A stretch of DNA of 64,000 nt from Prevotellaceae bacterium UBA1746 (GCA_905369775.1 CAJPJR010000002.1:44427-108426), one strand, 5' to 3'. Positions 1-10,409 are shown, numbered from the stretch's first letter. Made by a program: numbers and translations. Notes: generated by a model not told the origin, from the letters alone.

Positions 1-1
1 T

Positions 2-172
2 GCCGCCACTTGGGAGGTCAAGAACTTCGTCGTGGCCCAGGATCCCGAAGCCGTGAACCGCGTCAATGCCAGCAACGGTCGCACCGTGATCTTCGATCTC
101 AACGGTCGTCGTGTCGAGAAAGCCGAACGCGGTGTCTACATCATCAACGGCGTGAAGACCGTCGTGCACTAA
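2..172 (+). CDS. 3' end of a T9SS cargo protein (Por secretion C-terminal sorting domain); the 5' end is cut off by the window edge
   Basis: Frame +2 reads ...RTVIFDLNGRRVEKAERGVYIINGVKTVVH* with stop at 170-172. The tail resembles the C-terminal ends of the two full-length cargo proteins at 10533 and 12925 (VFDLAGRRVEAPVKGQVYVKNGKKFIQK and TYDLSGRRVQQTAKGQLYVRNGQKFVQQ). Confidence 0.55.
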   Translation, partial: AATWEVKNFVVAQDPEAVNRVNASNGRTVIFDLNGRRVEKAERGVYIINGVKTVVH

Positions 173-466
173 TCGCCGCGGCCTCGCCACGCTGCCTGCG
201 CGCAGCCCCCTCTTTTCATCGCCTCCCGGCGGTCGTTCGCCCGACCGCCGAGGGGCGTTTTTGCGTTGGCGGCTGCGCATTTCGACCCTCGTCACTACTT
301 TTGTCGCTTTTGAGGCGTTTTTCCGCACCTATCTGCGTGAATTACTGCACAAAACACAAACGCGCGTCGCGCTTTTTTCGTATTTTTGCACCGCCGTCCT
401 CCCCAACTTCTTCGTGACGACGGCACACTTTTGCCTTATTCTTCCACCCCTCTCCCCCATCCCCCC

Positions 467-2134
467 ATGACCGACCTCGAAATTGCACACGCCACACCGC
501 TGCTCCCCATCCGCGACGTCGCCGCCCAAATCGGCATCGACGAAAACGACTTGGAACAGCACGGCAAATACATTGCGAAAGTGCCCCTGCGCCTCATCGA
601 CGAAACGCAAGCGCACAAAAGTCGCCTCATCCTCGTGACCTCGATCTCGGCCACCCGCGCCGGTATCGGCAAGACCACGGTTTCGATCGGACTGGCCCTC
701 GGACTCAACCGCATCGGCCGCAAAACCGTCGTCGCCCTGCGCGAACCCTCGCTCGGCCCCTGCTTCGGCATGAAAGGCGGAGCGGCCGGCGGCGGACACG
801 CCCAGGTGCTGCCCATGGAGAAGATCAATCTCCACTTCACCGGCGACTTCCACGCCATCACCGCCGCGCACAACATGATCGCGGCCCTGCTCGACAACTA
901 CCTCTACCAGCATCGCGCCGAGGGCTTCGGACTCAAAGAAGTGCTCTGGCGACGCGTGCTCGACGTCAACGACCGTTCGCTCCGCAGCATCGTCACCGGA
1001 CTCGGCCCCTCGGTCAACGGCATCCCCACGCAGGCGGGCTTCGACATCACCCCCGCCAGCGAACTCATGGCCATCCTCTGCTTGGCGGCCGACGAAGCCG
1101 ACTTGCGCCGACGCATTGAGAACATTCTCCTCGGTTACCGATTCGACGGTTCGCCCTTCACGGTGAAAGATCTCGGCGTGGCGGGCGGTATCGTGGTGCT
1201 CCTCAAAGATGCACTCGAACCCAACCTGGTGCAGACCACAGAAAACACGCCGGCCTTCGTGCACGGCGGACCCTTTGCCAACATCGCCCACGGGTGCAAC
1301 ACGGTCGTGGCGACAAAAATGGCCCTCTCGCACGCCGACTACGTCATCACCGAAGCCGGATTCGGCGCCGACCTGGGGGCGGAGAAATTCTACGACATCA
1401 AGTGCCGAAAGGCCGGACTCCAACCCGCTCTCACCGTGCTGGTGGCCACCGCACAGGGACTCAAAATGCACGGCGGCGTGCCTCTCGACCAAATCGCGGA
1501 ACCCAATCTCGAAGGGCTCCGCGCCGGGCTGCCCAACCTCGACAAGCACTTGCGCAACCTCCGCTCGTTCGGACAGAACGTGGTGATCGTTTTCAATCGC
1601 TTCGCCGCCGACACCGACGAAGAGATGGAACTGCTGCGCCGCCACTGCGAGGAGGTGCTCGAAGCGCCTTTCGTGATCAACAATGCCTACGCCGAAGGCG
1701 GAGTCGGCGCCGAGGAGATGGCGCGCATTGTGGTCGACGCCGTCGAAAAAACACCCTCCGCGCCGCTGCGCTTCGCCTATGAAGACAGCGACTCCCTGCG
1801 CACCAAGATCGAGAAGGTGGCCCGCCATCTCTACGGAGCGGCCTCGGTGACCTTTGCCAAACCCGCACTCACGCGCCTGCGCCTCGCGGAAACGCTCGGC
1901 ATGAGCCATTTCCCCGTCTGCATCGCCAAGACGCAATTCTCCTTCTCCGACGATCCCAAGCAATATGGAGCCGCAGAGGGATTCGATTTCCTCATTCGCG
2001 ACGTGGTGATCAACGCGGGAGCGGAGATGATCGTGGCCATTGCGGGCGACATCATGCGCATGCCCGGACTGCCCAAGGCGCCCCAGGCACTCAATATTGA
2101 TTATATCAACGGAGAAATCACAGGACTCAGCTGA
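467..2134 (+). CDS. fhs: formate--tetrahydrofolate ligase
   Basis: Full-length match to the FTHFS family: MTDLEIAH...PLRLIDE...TPAGEGKTT-like P-loop region ([17 protein letters not shown]), [11 protein letters not shown], and C-terminal [12 protein letters not shown] at 467 chosen because the upstream part of the ORF (MHRRPPQ...) is not FTHFS-like. Confidence 0.93.
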   Translation: MTDLEIAHATPLLPIRDVAAQIGIDENDLEQHGKYIAKVPLRLIDETQAHKSRLILVTSISATRAGIGKTTVSIGLALGLNRIGRKTVVALREPSLGPCFGMKGGAAGGGHAQVLPMEKINLHFTGDFHAITAAHNMIAALLDNYLYQHRAEGFGLKEVLWRRVLDVNDRSLRSIVTGLGPSVNGIPTQAGFDITPASELMAILCLAADEADLRRRIENILLGYRFDGSPFTVKDLGVAGGIVVLLKDALEPNLVQTTENTPAFVHGGPFANIAHGCNTVVATKMALSHADYVITEAGFGADLGAEKFYDIKCRKAGLQPALTVLVATAQGLKMHGGVPLDQIAEPNLEGLRAGLPNLDKHLRNLRSFGQNVVIVFNRFAADTDEEMELLRRHCEEVLEAPFVINNAYAEGGVGAEEMARIVVDAVEKTPSAPLRFAYEDSDSLRTKIEKVARHLYGAASVTFAKPALTRLRLAETLGMSHFPVCIAKTQFSFSDDPKQYGAAEGFDFLIRDVVINAGAEMIVAIAGDIMRMPGLPKAPQALNIDYINGEITGLS

Positions 2135-2871
2135 TGCACATCGTTCTCAATCCCAAATACGACCGGCTTCGCGAACAACTCGTGCAGGCGGTGCGACACT
2201 TCGACAGCGTGGGGCAGGAAATCTACCACGCGCGCAACGTGATTCGCCTCATCGAAATCGACGGCTGCCGACTCGCCGTGAAACGCTACGGACGCATGCC
2301 GCTCAAACACCGAATGGCGACCCGCGTCTACAAGGCCAACAAGGCGAAAAAGGCCTTCGTCACTTCGCTCCTGCTCAAGGAACGCAGTTTCGAAAGCCCC
2401 GAACCGGTGGCTTTCCTGAGCGATCGCCGCGGACTGCTCGATGCCACACACTATTTCGTGAGTGTCTATTCGGACTATCGCCACTCCATGCGCGACATCC
2501 CCGGCTTCGACGGGGCTTTTCGCGAAGAGGTGACCAAGCACTTCGCACGCTACGCCGCACAGCTCCACGCCAGCGGCTTCATCCACAAGGATTTCTCGGC
2601 GGGCAACATCCTTTTCGACCGCATCAACGAGCGTTTCCACTTTTCGCTCCTCGACACCAACGCCCTCAAATGGGGCAAAAAAATCAGCGTGGAGCGCGGT
2701 TGCCAAAACTTCGCCCGATTGGTGGGACCACCTGAGTTCTTTGAGAGTCTGGGACGCCACTATGCCGACCTCCGGCAGGCCGATCCGCAAATGTGCATCC
2801 AACTGATCAAGGCCGCGCACGACGACTATCGCAGGAAACCCCACCCGCACCACCAACCTCTATTCGACTAA
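2134..2871 (+). CDS. lipopolysaccharide/Kdo kinase family protein (InaA/WaaP-like atypical kinase)
   Basis: 245 aa; kinase catalytic-loop-like HKDFSAGNILF; start overlaps the fhs stop (TGATG). The specific family assignment is from memory of the motif, not a search. Confidence 0.55.
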   Translation: MHIVLNPKYDRLREQLVQAVRHFDSVGQEIYHARNVIRLIEIDGCRLAVKRYGRMPLKHRMATRVYKANKAKKAFVTSLLLKERSFESPEPVAFLSDRRGLLDATHYFVSVYSDYRHSMRDIPGFDGAFREEVTKHFARYAAQLHASGFIHKDFSAGNILFDRINERFHFSLLDTNALKWGKKISVERGCQNFARLVGPPEFFESLGRHYADLRQADPQMCIQLIKAAHDDYRRKPHPHHQPLFD

Positions 2872-2971
2872 ACACAGCGCCGCCCCGCCGTTTTGGTAGG
2901 GCGGCGCTGCCTGCCGAATAAATCCCCCTTCATTCATTCGCAACATCACAACACACAAACACACCCTTCAC

Positions 2972-4846
2972 TTGAAAACATTCGCCGAACTGGGCTTAAA
3001 GGAACAGATCCTCAATGCCATCACCGAAATAGGCTACGAACAACCCACTCCCGTGCAGGCCGCGGTGATTCCCGTCCTCCTGGGCGAGGAAAACACCGAC
3101 GATACCGCCGACGGCGCCGCCGTTCCGACGCAAGACATCATTGCGCTGGCACAAACCGGCACCGGAAAAACGGCGGCCTACGGACTTCCCGTGCTCCAAA
3201 ACGTGGAAGCCGACGACCGCAGCACGCAGGTGGTCATTCTCAGCCCGACGCGTGAACTTTGTCTCCAAATTGCCGACGACCTCAAGGACTACAGTCGATA
3301 CATTGACGGCTTGCACGTGGTGGCAGTCTACGGCGGTGCGGGCATCGAAAGCCAGATTCGCCAACTCCGCAAGGGCTGCCAGATCATTGTGGCCACGCCC
3401 GGACGCCTCATCGACCTCATTCATCGCGGCGCCGCCCGACTGGAAGCCGTTCGCCACGTGGTGCTCGACGAAGCCGACGAGATGCTCAACATGGGATTCA
3501 CCGAAAGCATCGACGAAATCCTTTCGGCCATCCCGTCCGAGCACCAAACGCTCCTCTTCTCCGCCACCATGGGGCCCGACATTGAGCGCATTGCCAAAAA
3601 CTACCTCCGCGAATACCGCGAAATCGTGGTGGGCAGCCGCAACGAGGGCGCGGAACACGTGAACCACATCTATTATGCGGTGCGCGCACAGGACAAATAT
3701 GCCGCGCTCAAACGCATTGTCGACTACTATCCGCGCATCTATGCCATCATTTTCTGCCGCACCCGCCTCGAAACGCAGGAAGTGGCCGACCACCTCATCC
3801 GCGACGGCTACAGCGCCGAGGCTTTGCACGGCGATTTGGCCCAGGCGCAGCGCGATCTCACCATGCAGAAGTTTCGCACACACCGCACGCAACTCCTCGT
3901 GGCCACCGACGTGGCGGCGCGCGGCCTCGATGTGAACGAGCTCACCCACGTGATCAACTACGGACTGCCCGACGACGTGGAGAACTACACCCACCGTTCC
4001 GGGCGCACCGGCCGTGCAGGCAAGCGCGGCACCTCGATTTCCATCATCCACCTCCGCGAGAAGGGGAAGGTGCGCGTCATTGAGCGCGTGATCGGCAAGA
4101 AGTTTGAGGTCGGAACCCTCCCCGAACCGAAGGAAATCTGCACGAAACAACTCTACAAGGTGATCGACAATCTCGAACACACCGAGCCCGACGAGGAGCA
4201 AATCGCGCCCTTCCTGCCCGAAGTGATGCACAAACTCGAGTGGCTCACGAAGGAGGAACTGGTCAAACGCTTGGTGCAACAGGAATTCGGCCGATTCCTC
4301 ACCTACTATGCCGACGCTCCCGAAATCGTGCAGCCCACCGCGCGCGAAGAACGCGAGGAGAAGGGCAACAAACGCGACCGACGCGACGACAAACGGGCAC
4401 GCAATGCCAAGGGAAATCCCGTGGCTGAGGAGGGATACACCCGACTCTTCCTCAACTTCGGTAAGCGCGACAACTTCTTCGCCCGCGAAATCATCAACCT
4501 GGTGAACCGCTATGTGAAGGGAAAGGTGGAGATCGGACGCATCGACTTGCTGAACAACTGCTCGTTCTTCGAGGTACCCGAAGAGCAAGCCGAGCTGGTG
4601 ATGGGCAAAATGGCGAAGGCCAAGGTGGGCGAACGCCGCGTGGTGGTGGATTTCGCCGATCGCGCCGACGGGAAAGCCGACAGCGGCGCACACGGCCCGA
4701 AGGGACGCACACGCCGCAACGAAGATCGATATGCCGACTCACGCAAAAAGAGCAAGCCCAAGGCACGGAAAAACGCGGAACGACGCGAGCAAAACGACAA
4801 AGAACAGCGCTTCGGCAAAGACGATTGGAAGCAATTTTTCGATTGA
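2972..4846 (+). CDS. deaD: DEAD-box ATP-dependent RNA helicase (DeaD/CsdA-like) with C-terminal DbpA-type RNA-binding domain and basic tail; apparent TTG start
   Basis: Q-motif F..LGL...GY..PTPVQ, motif I AQTGTGKTAAY, DEAD box (VLDEADEM), SAT, HRSGRTGRAG; Lys/Arg-rich C-terminus. The ORF begins at TTG 2972, immediately before the conserved FAELGL; no in-frame ATG upstream. Confidence 0.9.
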   Translation: MKTFAELGLKEQILNAITEIGYEQPTPVQAAVIPVLLGEENTDDTADGAAVPTQDIIALAQTGTGKTAAYGLPVLQNVEADDRSTQVVILSPTRELCLQIADDLKDYSRYIDGLHVVAVYGGAGIESQIRQLRKGCQIIVATPGRLIDLIHRGAARLEAVRHVVLDEADEMLNMGFTESIDEILSAIPSEHQTLLFSATMGPDIERIAKNYLREYREIVVGSRNEGAEHVNHIYYAVRAQDKYAALKRIVDYYPRIYAIIFCRTRLETQEVADHLIRDGYSAEALHGDLAQAQRDLTMQKFRTHRTQLLVATDVAARGLDVNELTHVINYGLPDDVENYTHRSGRTGRAGKRGTSISIIHLREKGKVRVIERVIGKKFEVGTLPEPKEICTKQLYKVIDNLEHTEPDEEQIAPFLPEVMHKLEWLTKEELVKRLVQQEFGRFLTYYADAPEIVQPTAREEREEKGNKRDRRDDKRARNAKGNPVAEEGYTRLFLNFGKRDNFFAREIINLVNRYVKGKVEIGRIDLLNNCSFFEVPEEQAELVMGKMAKAKVGERRVVVDFADRADGKADSGAHGPKGRTRRNEDRYADSRKKSKPKARKNAERREQNDKEQRFGKDDWKQFFD

Positions 4847-5112
4847 ACGCAGCCGCGCGTCACAAATGCCCACCGGGCTCCGCACTACCCGATTGTGAGG
4901 AGGCAATACCTACTTTTTGGTGAAAGAATGCGGAGCATAAACGGAAAAAATCGGTAAGTCACCGCGAAACCACTCCGTATTTCCGCTGATTGTCAGCAGT
5001 TTGCAGAGCGTATGCGGTGGAAACCTACGCACAACGGGGGCACATCGCACATCGGGCGCCCACCTGTGCCAAATCACTGCAAATGGGTATTGCCAAAAGT
5101 CAAGAAAGTGCC

Positions 5113-5120
5113 TACCTTTG
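5113..5120 (+). promoter_or_regulatory. Bacteroidota-type -7 promoter box TACCTTTG (TAnnTTTG) inside a 660-nt non-coding gap
   Basis: Exact TAnnTTTG match followed by GC; the nearest downstream gene starts about 390 nt later at 5511. Confidence 0.3.
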
Positions 5121-5510
5121 CAGTGCATTCTGATAGAAGAGTCCGACACTTCGGTGGCGGTTGTCCGTCAGAGTAAGAATTTAAATTGTTATGTCTATGT
5201 TCGAAAGATGGCTGTCCTCAGCGGAGGATGGCCACTTTTGTTTTCCGCCCCGCGGCTACGCGCCGAGACCGCGGAAGCCGACGCTCACAAAGCCCCACGG
5301 CCGAACGAAACAAGGCTTGCAACGAACGAAGGATGCACTGCTACGAACCGACGGCGGGACGAACGGGCAGAAAATGGGCGTCGGACAGACGGAGGTCGGC
5401 TTTTTCGCCGGTCGCATGGGCAGAGTTTTGAAAATATGTTGTTCCTTTGCCACCACACACGGGCGCTGTTGCCCGTTTTCACTCCGCCACACTATTATAA
5501 TATACCGACT

Positions 5511-5807
5511 ATGAAATCCAACCTCCCTCCGATGATCATTCTCCTCGTGGCCATTGCGCTCCTCGTCTGCCTTTTTCCGCTCGCCTACGGCATGTTTATG
5601 CTCATTCGCTTCGTGGCGGCGGTGGTTTTCGCCGCATTGGCCTACGATTACTTCAAGCGCGACCGCAATACCGCGGGCTGGGTGTTTGTGGCGCTGACGT
5701 TGCTCTTCCAACCCCTCTTCAAAATCGCGCTGACACGCACCGTCTGGAACGTGGTCGACGTAGTGGTGGCGATTGGGCTCGTGGTCGTGTTGCTCAAACG
5801 CGACTGA
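5511..5807 (+). CDS. small hydrophobic membrane protein (98 aa, 3-4 predicted TM helices), function unknown
   Basis: ATG at 5511 inside the longer ORF 5001..5807; MKSNLPPMIILLVAIALLVCLFPLAYGMFMLIRFVAAVVFAALAY...; a terminator hairpin follows. Confidence 0.5.
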   Translation: MKSNLPPMIILLVAIALLVCLFPLAYGMFMLIRFVAAVVFAALAYDYFKRDRNTAGWVFVALTLLFQPLFKIALTRTVWNVVDVVVAIGLVVVLLKRD

Positions 5808-5843
5808 GGCACGCCGCTTCCCCACACGCCGCCCTAAACAATC

Positions 5844-5885
5844 CGACCGCGGCCGAACATTGCGTTCGGTCGCGGTCGTTTTGTG
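5844..5885. terminator. bidirectional intrinsic terminator between convergent genes
   Basis: cgaccgcggccgaac/attgc/gttcggtcgcggtcg forms a 15-bp stem with one G-U pair, followed by ttttgtg. Confidence 0.6.
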
Positions 5886-5942
5886 CGGGTCAGCTGCTTC
5901 GCATGGCGGAGCTCAAAGCCCCGCGACGAGAAGCGGCGACGT

Positions 5943-7406
5943 TTATTTGGAAGGTGCAAGTTCGTCTACGTGCACTCCCTCCGGTAAGTGGAAGCGATAT
6001 TTGCTATCGTAGATGGTGCTCACCTTATTGATCTCGAGGAAGCTCGTGCCGCCCCCGTCGCCGAAACTACCGCTGAGGTAAGCGATCTTGTCGTTGAGCT
6101 CGAGGAAACCTTTCTGGCGCATCATGCGGATGGCAGCCGTGAAGGTGTATTGCGCCGAAACGTGATTTTTCTGGTAGATGGGGATCACACCGTAGGAGAG
6201 ATTGAGCAAACGCATGGTCTTCTCCTTATAGCAGATGGCAATGACGGGCGTCGGGCCTCGGAACGAGGCGAGGGCGCGTGCCGTTTGTCCCGTTTCGCTG
6301 TCGGTGAGAATGCCCTTCACACCGAGTTGGCGCGTAGCTTCGACGGCAGCATGCGCCAAGAATTCACGCTGATCGGTGGTGTCGATCATCGGATCGAGGT
6401 CGTGCTCGCGCATTTTGTCGCGTTCGGCCTGCTCGGCAATGGCGGCCATGGTTTGCACCGCCTCGAGGGGATATTTGCCCGAGGCCGTTTCGCCGCTGAG
6501 CATGAGGGCATCGGTGCGATAGTAGATGGCATTGGCGATGTCGGTGACCTCTGCTCGCGTGGGACGCGGGTTGTTGATCATCGTGTGAAGCATTTGCGTG
6601 GCCACGATCACCGGTTTTTTCTTCACCACACACTTGTGAATGATCTGGCGCTGGATGCCGGGGATGCGTTCGATGGGCACTTCGATGCCGAGGTCGCCGC
6701 GCGCGATCATGATGCCATAGGAGGCGTCGATGATCTCGTCGATGTTGTCCACGCCTTCTTGGTTTTCGATTTTCGAAATGATCTTGATGTCGCTGCCGTG
6801 TGCGTCGAGAATGTCCTGCACAGCCTTGACATCGGCGGCGTTGCGCACGAAGGAGTGGGCGATGAAGTCGATGTCTTCTTCGATGGCCAGGAGGATGTTG
6901 GCCTTGTCTCGCTCGGTGAGTGCGGGCAAATCGATGTGTTCGCCGGGCACGTTCACGCTCTTGTGCGCGCCGAGCACGCTGTCATTTTGCACCGTGACGT
7001 GCAGGGCCTCGTCTTTCGCCGTGACCAGCATGTCGATGGCCCCGTCGTCGAAGAGCACATGGTCGCCCACTTGCACGTCGCGCACGAAGTGGGGATACGA
7101 TACATTGATGACATCGTGCGTGGTGTCGCGATCCGGACAACCATAGATGCGCACTTCTTCGCCGGCTTTGTATTCGAGGGGGGCTGCCAGTCCGGTGGTG
7201 CGCACTTCGGGACCCTTCGTGTCGATGAGCAGACCGAGGTGGGGCGAAACGGCACGGACGTTGCGAATGATTTTCTTGATGCCGTCGGCAGAGGCGTGGG
7301 CGGTGTTCATGCGCACCACGTTCATGCCGGCGAAAAACAACTTGCGGAGGAAATTTTCGTCGCAGCGCAAATCGCTGATCGAGCAGACGATCTTGGTTTG
7401 TTTCAT
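5943..7406 (-). CDS. pyk: pyruvate kinase
   Basis: 487 aa; MKQTKIVCSISDLRCDENFLRKLFFAGMNVVRMNTAHASADG...GLLIDTKGPEVRT... are typical pyruvate kinase N-terminal and active-site motifs. Confidence 0.93.
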   Translation of the reverse strand: MKQTKIVCSISDLRCDENFLRKLFFAGMNVVRMNTAHASADGIKKIIRNVRAVSPHLGLLIDTKGPEVRTTGLAAPLEYKAGEEVRIYGCPDRDTTHDVINVSYPHFVRDVQVGDHVLFDDGAIDMLVTAKDEALHVTVQNDSVLGAHKSVNVPGEHIDLPALTERDKANILLAIEEDIDFIAHSFVRNAADVKAVQDILDAHGSDIKIISKIENQEGVDNIDEIIDASYGIMIARGDLGIEVPIERIPGIQRQIIHKCVVKKKPVIVATQMLHTMINNPRPTRAEVTDIANAIYYRTDALMLSGETASGKYPLEAVQTMAAIAEQAERDKMREHDLDPMIDTTDQREFLAHAAVEATRQLGVKGILTDSETGQTARALASFRGPTPVIAICYKEKTMRLLNLSYGVIPIYQKNHVSAQYTFTAAIRMMRQKGFLELNDKIAYLSGSFGDGGGTSFLEINKVSTIYDSKYRFHLPEGVHVDELAPSK

Positions 7407-7598
7407 TATTGGGAGATTTCTTGTACGGGAAGTGTAGTCTTTGCTCGGCGAATTTACGAAAAAAACTACGGACTATCGGACACGACTTCCCTATTTTCAG
7501 CCGAAATATGGGAGCTCTTCCAAGTTGTCATTTGCTCTTTGCAATTCCTCCTCCCACAATCACTATTTGTGGGTATTGCATTGCGCGGGAGAAAGCCG

Positions 7599-7606
7599 TA
7601 ACTTTG
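7599..7606 (+). promoter_or_regulatory. -7 promoter box TAACTTTG upstream of feoAB
   Basis: TAnnTTTG consensus about 73 nt upstream of the ATG. The preceding segment cacaatcactatttgtgggtattgcattgc is partly palindromic and is a candidate Fur/iron-box (unverified). Confidence 0.35.
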
Positions 7607-7678
7607 CACATTGCTCCTTATATATAACAACGTCGATACGCCTTTTTTGCACGCACCGACCCAACGACTTAACAACGC

Positions 7679-9916
7679 ATGAATCTTTCACACATCAAAG
7701 ACGGGGCCACCGCCTACGTCACCGCCATCAAGGGCAGCCCTTCGCTGCGCGTCCGCCTCGAAGAACTCGGCTTCGTGCCGGGACAAGAGGTGACGCGCGT
7801 CTATGCCACGCCGAGCGGTTCGCCCGTGATCTACGCCATGCTCGGACAGCGCGTCGCACTCAGAACCGGCGAGGCGCAACTCATCGAGGTGAGCACCCAA
7901 CGACCCAACGAAAACTATGCCGACGAGCAACGAGTGGCCCGCACCGCCGCCGAAACTGCCGCCGCGGCGCCACTGCCCTCGGGCCCCATCGTGCCGGCCA
8001 CCGGCTGCGCGACCGAAAGTTGTGGGGGCTGCCCGGGGTGCGGACCGCGCAAACCGCTCGCTCCCAAGGCAGAAGGCACCATCACGGTGGCACTTGTGGG
8101 CAATCCCAACTGCGGAAAAACCACGGTGTTCAACGCGCTCTCCGGCGGACACGAACGCACGGGCAACTATGCGGGGGTGACGGTGGCCAGTGTGGTGGGC
8201 GAAACACACATCGACGGGCGCACCGTGCGATTTGTCGATCTGCCGGGCACCTACTCGCTGCGCGCCTACTCGCCGGAGGAGGCTTATGTGATGAGCGAGC
8301 TCTTGAAGGGCGAAATCGACGCGGTGATCAACGTGCTCGATGTGAACAACCTGGAGCGCAACCTGCTGCTCACCCTGCAAGTGCGCCGACTCGGACTGCC
8401 GATGGTGGGGGCGCTCAACTTGTGGGACGAGTTTTCGGAGAGCGGATCGACGCTCGATGTGGACCGACTCTCGGCGCACATGGGCATGCGCTTCGTGCCT
8501 TGTGTGGCCAGCCGCGGCGAGGGGCTCAAAGCCCTGGCCGAAGCGGTGATCGAGGCCTACGACCGTCGCGAGGAACAGCCCACACCGCCGCCCAACGACC
8601 CGCACTCGGCGGCCGACCCGCACGCACTGGTGCACCACTATCTGGCGGACATTTACCGACTGCGAGAGAGCAAAGCGGTGCGCTTCACCACGTGGGTCGA
8701 CCGCTTCTTGGTGAAGAATCCGCTGGCCTATGGCGTCTTTTTCCTCGTGATCCTGCTGGTTTTCTGGGCCACATTCACCATCGGACAGTATCCGATGGGC
8801 TGGATGCAGGCCGGAGTGACGTGGCTGACCGAGACGCTCACGAACGTTCTGCCCAAAGATCGCTGGTATGTCGATCTCCTGGCGTCGGGAGTGGTGGGCG
8901 GTGTGGGCACCGTGATTGTCTTTCTCCCGCAGATTTTGATCCTCTATTTCTTCATTTCCATTCTCGAAGACTCGGGCTATCTGGCACGCACAGCGCTGCT
9001 CTTCGACCCCTTGCTGCGGCGCGTGGGACTGCACGGCAAGTCGTTTTTCCCGATGCTCACGGGTTTCGGCTGCAACGTGCCGGCCATCATGGCCACACGC
9101 ACCATTGAGAACCGAAAGAGCCGATTGCTCACGATGATCACCTTGCCTTTCATGTCGTGCTCCGCGCGACTCACGGTCTACACGGTGTTCACGCTAGCCT
9201 TCTTCCCGCATCAAGCCACGTGGGTGCTCTTTTCGCTCTACTGCGGCGGCATTCTCATGGCCCTGCTCTCGGCTTGGCTGCTGAGTCACTTCATTCGCCG
9301 ACACGAAGAGAGCCATTTCGTGATGGAGATCCCGCCTTATCGGCGCCCGGTGGCGCAGAGTGTCGTGAGCCACACGTGGGAGAAGGGTCGCCAGTACCTG
9401 CGAAAAATGGGTGGCGTGATTCTCGTGGCTTCGATCGTGGTGTGGATCTTGGGCTATTTCCCGCATCCGGACCGAGAGCTCTCGCCCCTCGAACGGCAGG
9501 AGCAGTCGTATTTGGGACAGGCGGGACATCTCATCCAACCGGCCATTGCGCCGCTGGGTTTCGACTGGAGAATGGGCGTGGGGCTCCTGACGGGCGCAGC
9601 GGCCAAGGAGTTGATGGTCTCGACACTCGGCGTGCTCTACCACATGGACGAGGACAGTGCGGCGGCTGCGGGATCGGGCAACGACGCGAAGGCGGACCGG
9701 GCGATCTCTGCGGCCTTGCGTGAGGCCACTTCGCCCGCGGCTGCACTGAGCTACATGGTCTTTGCCTTGCTGTATTTCCCGTGTCTGGCTACGATTGCGG
9801 CCATCCGCGGCGAGAGCGGGCAGTGGAAATATGCCGTGCTCTCGATGCTTTACACCACGGGCGTCGCCTATGTGGCGGCGTGGCTCACTTTTCACATCGC
9901 GCGCCTCTGTATGTGA
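7679..9916 (+). CDS. feoB: ferrous iron transporter FeoA-FeoB fusion
   Basis: N-terminal FeoA SH3-like domain (MNLSHIKDGATAYVTAIKG...LEELGFVPGQEV); Cys-rich linker CATESCGGCPGCGPRK; FeoB G-domain GNPNCGKTTVFNALSG and polytopic membrane domain. Confidence 0.92.
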   Translation: MNLSHIKDGATAYVTAIKGSPSLRVRLEELGFVPGQEVTRVYATPSGSPVIYAMLGQRVALRTGEAQLIEVSTQRPNENYADEQRVARTAAETAAAAPLPSGPIVPATGCATESCGGCPGCGPRKPLAPKAEGTITVALVGNPNCGKTTVFNALSGGHERTGNYAGVTVASVVGETHIDGRTVRFVDLPGTYSLRAYSPEEAYVMSELLKGEIDAVINVLDVNNLERNLLLTLQVRRLGLPMVGALNLWDEFSESGSTLDVDRLSAHMGMRFVPCVASRGEGLKALAEAVIEAYDRREEQPTPPPNDPHSAADPHALVHHYLADIYRLRESKAVRFTTWVDRFLVKNPLAYGVFFLVILLVFWATFTIGQYPMGWMQAGVTWLTETLTNVLPKDRWYVDLLASGVVGGVGTVIVFLPQILILYFFISILEDSGYLARTALLFDPLLRRVGLHGKSFFPMLTGFGCNVPAIMATRTIENRKSRLLTMITLPFMSCSARLTVYTVFTLAFFPHQATWVLFSLYCGGILMALLSAWLLSHFIRRHEESHFVMEIPPYRRPVAQSVVSHTWEKGRQYLRKMGGVILVASIVVWILGYFPHPDRELSPLERQEQSYLGQAGHLIQPAIAPLGFDWRMGVGLLTGAAAKELMVSTLGVLYHMDEDSAAAAGSGNDAKADRAISAALREATSPAAALSYMVFALLYFPCLATIAAIRGESGQWKYAVLSMLYTTGVAYVAAWLTFHIARLCM

Positions 9917-10170
9917 GGCGTTCTCCGAAACAGAGCGGCGGCGCTCCGCAGCCGGGAGCCGATCTCTCGCGGCTACAGCCTTCTCCCACGAGCCGACCGA
10001 CAGTTTGCACGGGGCGGGGCTCGAAAAAGTCACCTGTAGACGCGATAAGCGGAGTAGGTAGATCGATAGGTGGCGCGCGTAGATTCGGCAAGCCCCCTCG
10101 TTCGGCGCAGGGCTCGGAAAAATGCCCATTCGTCGCCCAATAGCGCCACCCAACACCGAGCACGTCGGGC

Positions 10171-10218
10171 AAAAAACGAAGCAAGCACGTATGATCTGTA
10201 CGTGCTTGCTTCGTTTTT
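10171..10218. terminator. strong bidirectional intrinsic terminator (A-run, 15-bp perfect stem, T-run)
   Basis: aaaaaa-cgaagcaagcacgta-tgatctg-tacgtgcttgcttcg-ttttt. Confidence 0.6.
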
Positions 10219-10409
10219 ACGTAAAACAGCCCTTCCTTCCGCGCTCGCTCACACTTTTCTCCGCAGCTTTTGTCCATCGCCTCCGCACACGCTGCACTCC
10301 GAATCGCAAAAAACGCCTGTTATCGGCTTATTCGATAGCAAAAACCACTCTAAACAGATATTTATCTCATTTTTACCACGAAACTCTTGTCGCACTATAC
10401 AAAGAATTC

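Noticed and set aside
329-1963. 544-aa ORF antisense to fhs. There are many other long antisense or overlapping ORFs, for example 2996..4693(-), 5988..7601(+), 7441..9108(+), 7688..9034(-), 9194..10156(-), 11253..12296(-), 12790..13779(-), 16151..18028(+), 17220..18878(-), 19606..20679(-), 21611..22756(-), 30408..31715(-), 32969..34522(-), 36989..38305(-), 38966..40165(-), 43994..45727(+), 51707..53128(-), 54106..55188(-), 58595..59500(-), 61431..63017(-).
   Set aside because: These are shadow ORFs expected in GC-rich DNA. Each overlaps, on the opposite strand or in another frame, a gene with strong and specific homology. Their translations are low-complexity (Arg/Ala/Gly/His-rich) with no recognisable motifs.
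2972-2974. TTG start of deaD as a possible annotation or sequencing error.
   Set aside because: The conserved DEAD-box Q-motif begins only four residues later, and an in-frame stop lies immediately upstream. A genuine TTG initiation is the simplest reading.
5195-5215. tRNA-like T-loop sequence GTTCGAAAG.
   Set aside because: No matching acceptor stem or anticodon arm, and no cloverleaf can be drawn. Not a tRNA.
5191-5514. 107-aa ORF and neighbouring small ORFs in the 4847-5510 gap as possible protein genes.
   Set aside because: No start context, no motifs, and Arg/Gly-rich composition typical of random GC-rich ORFs. A non-coding role is more likely.
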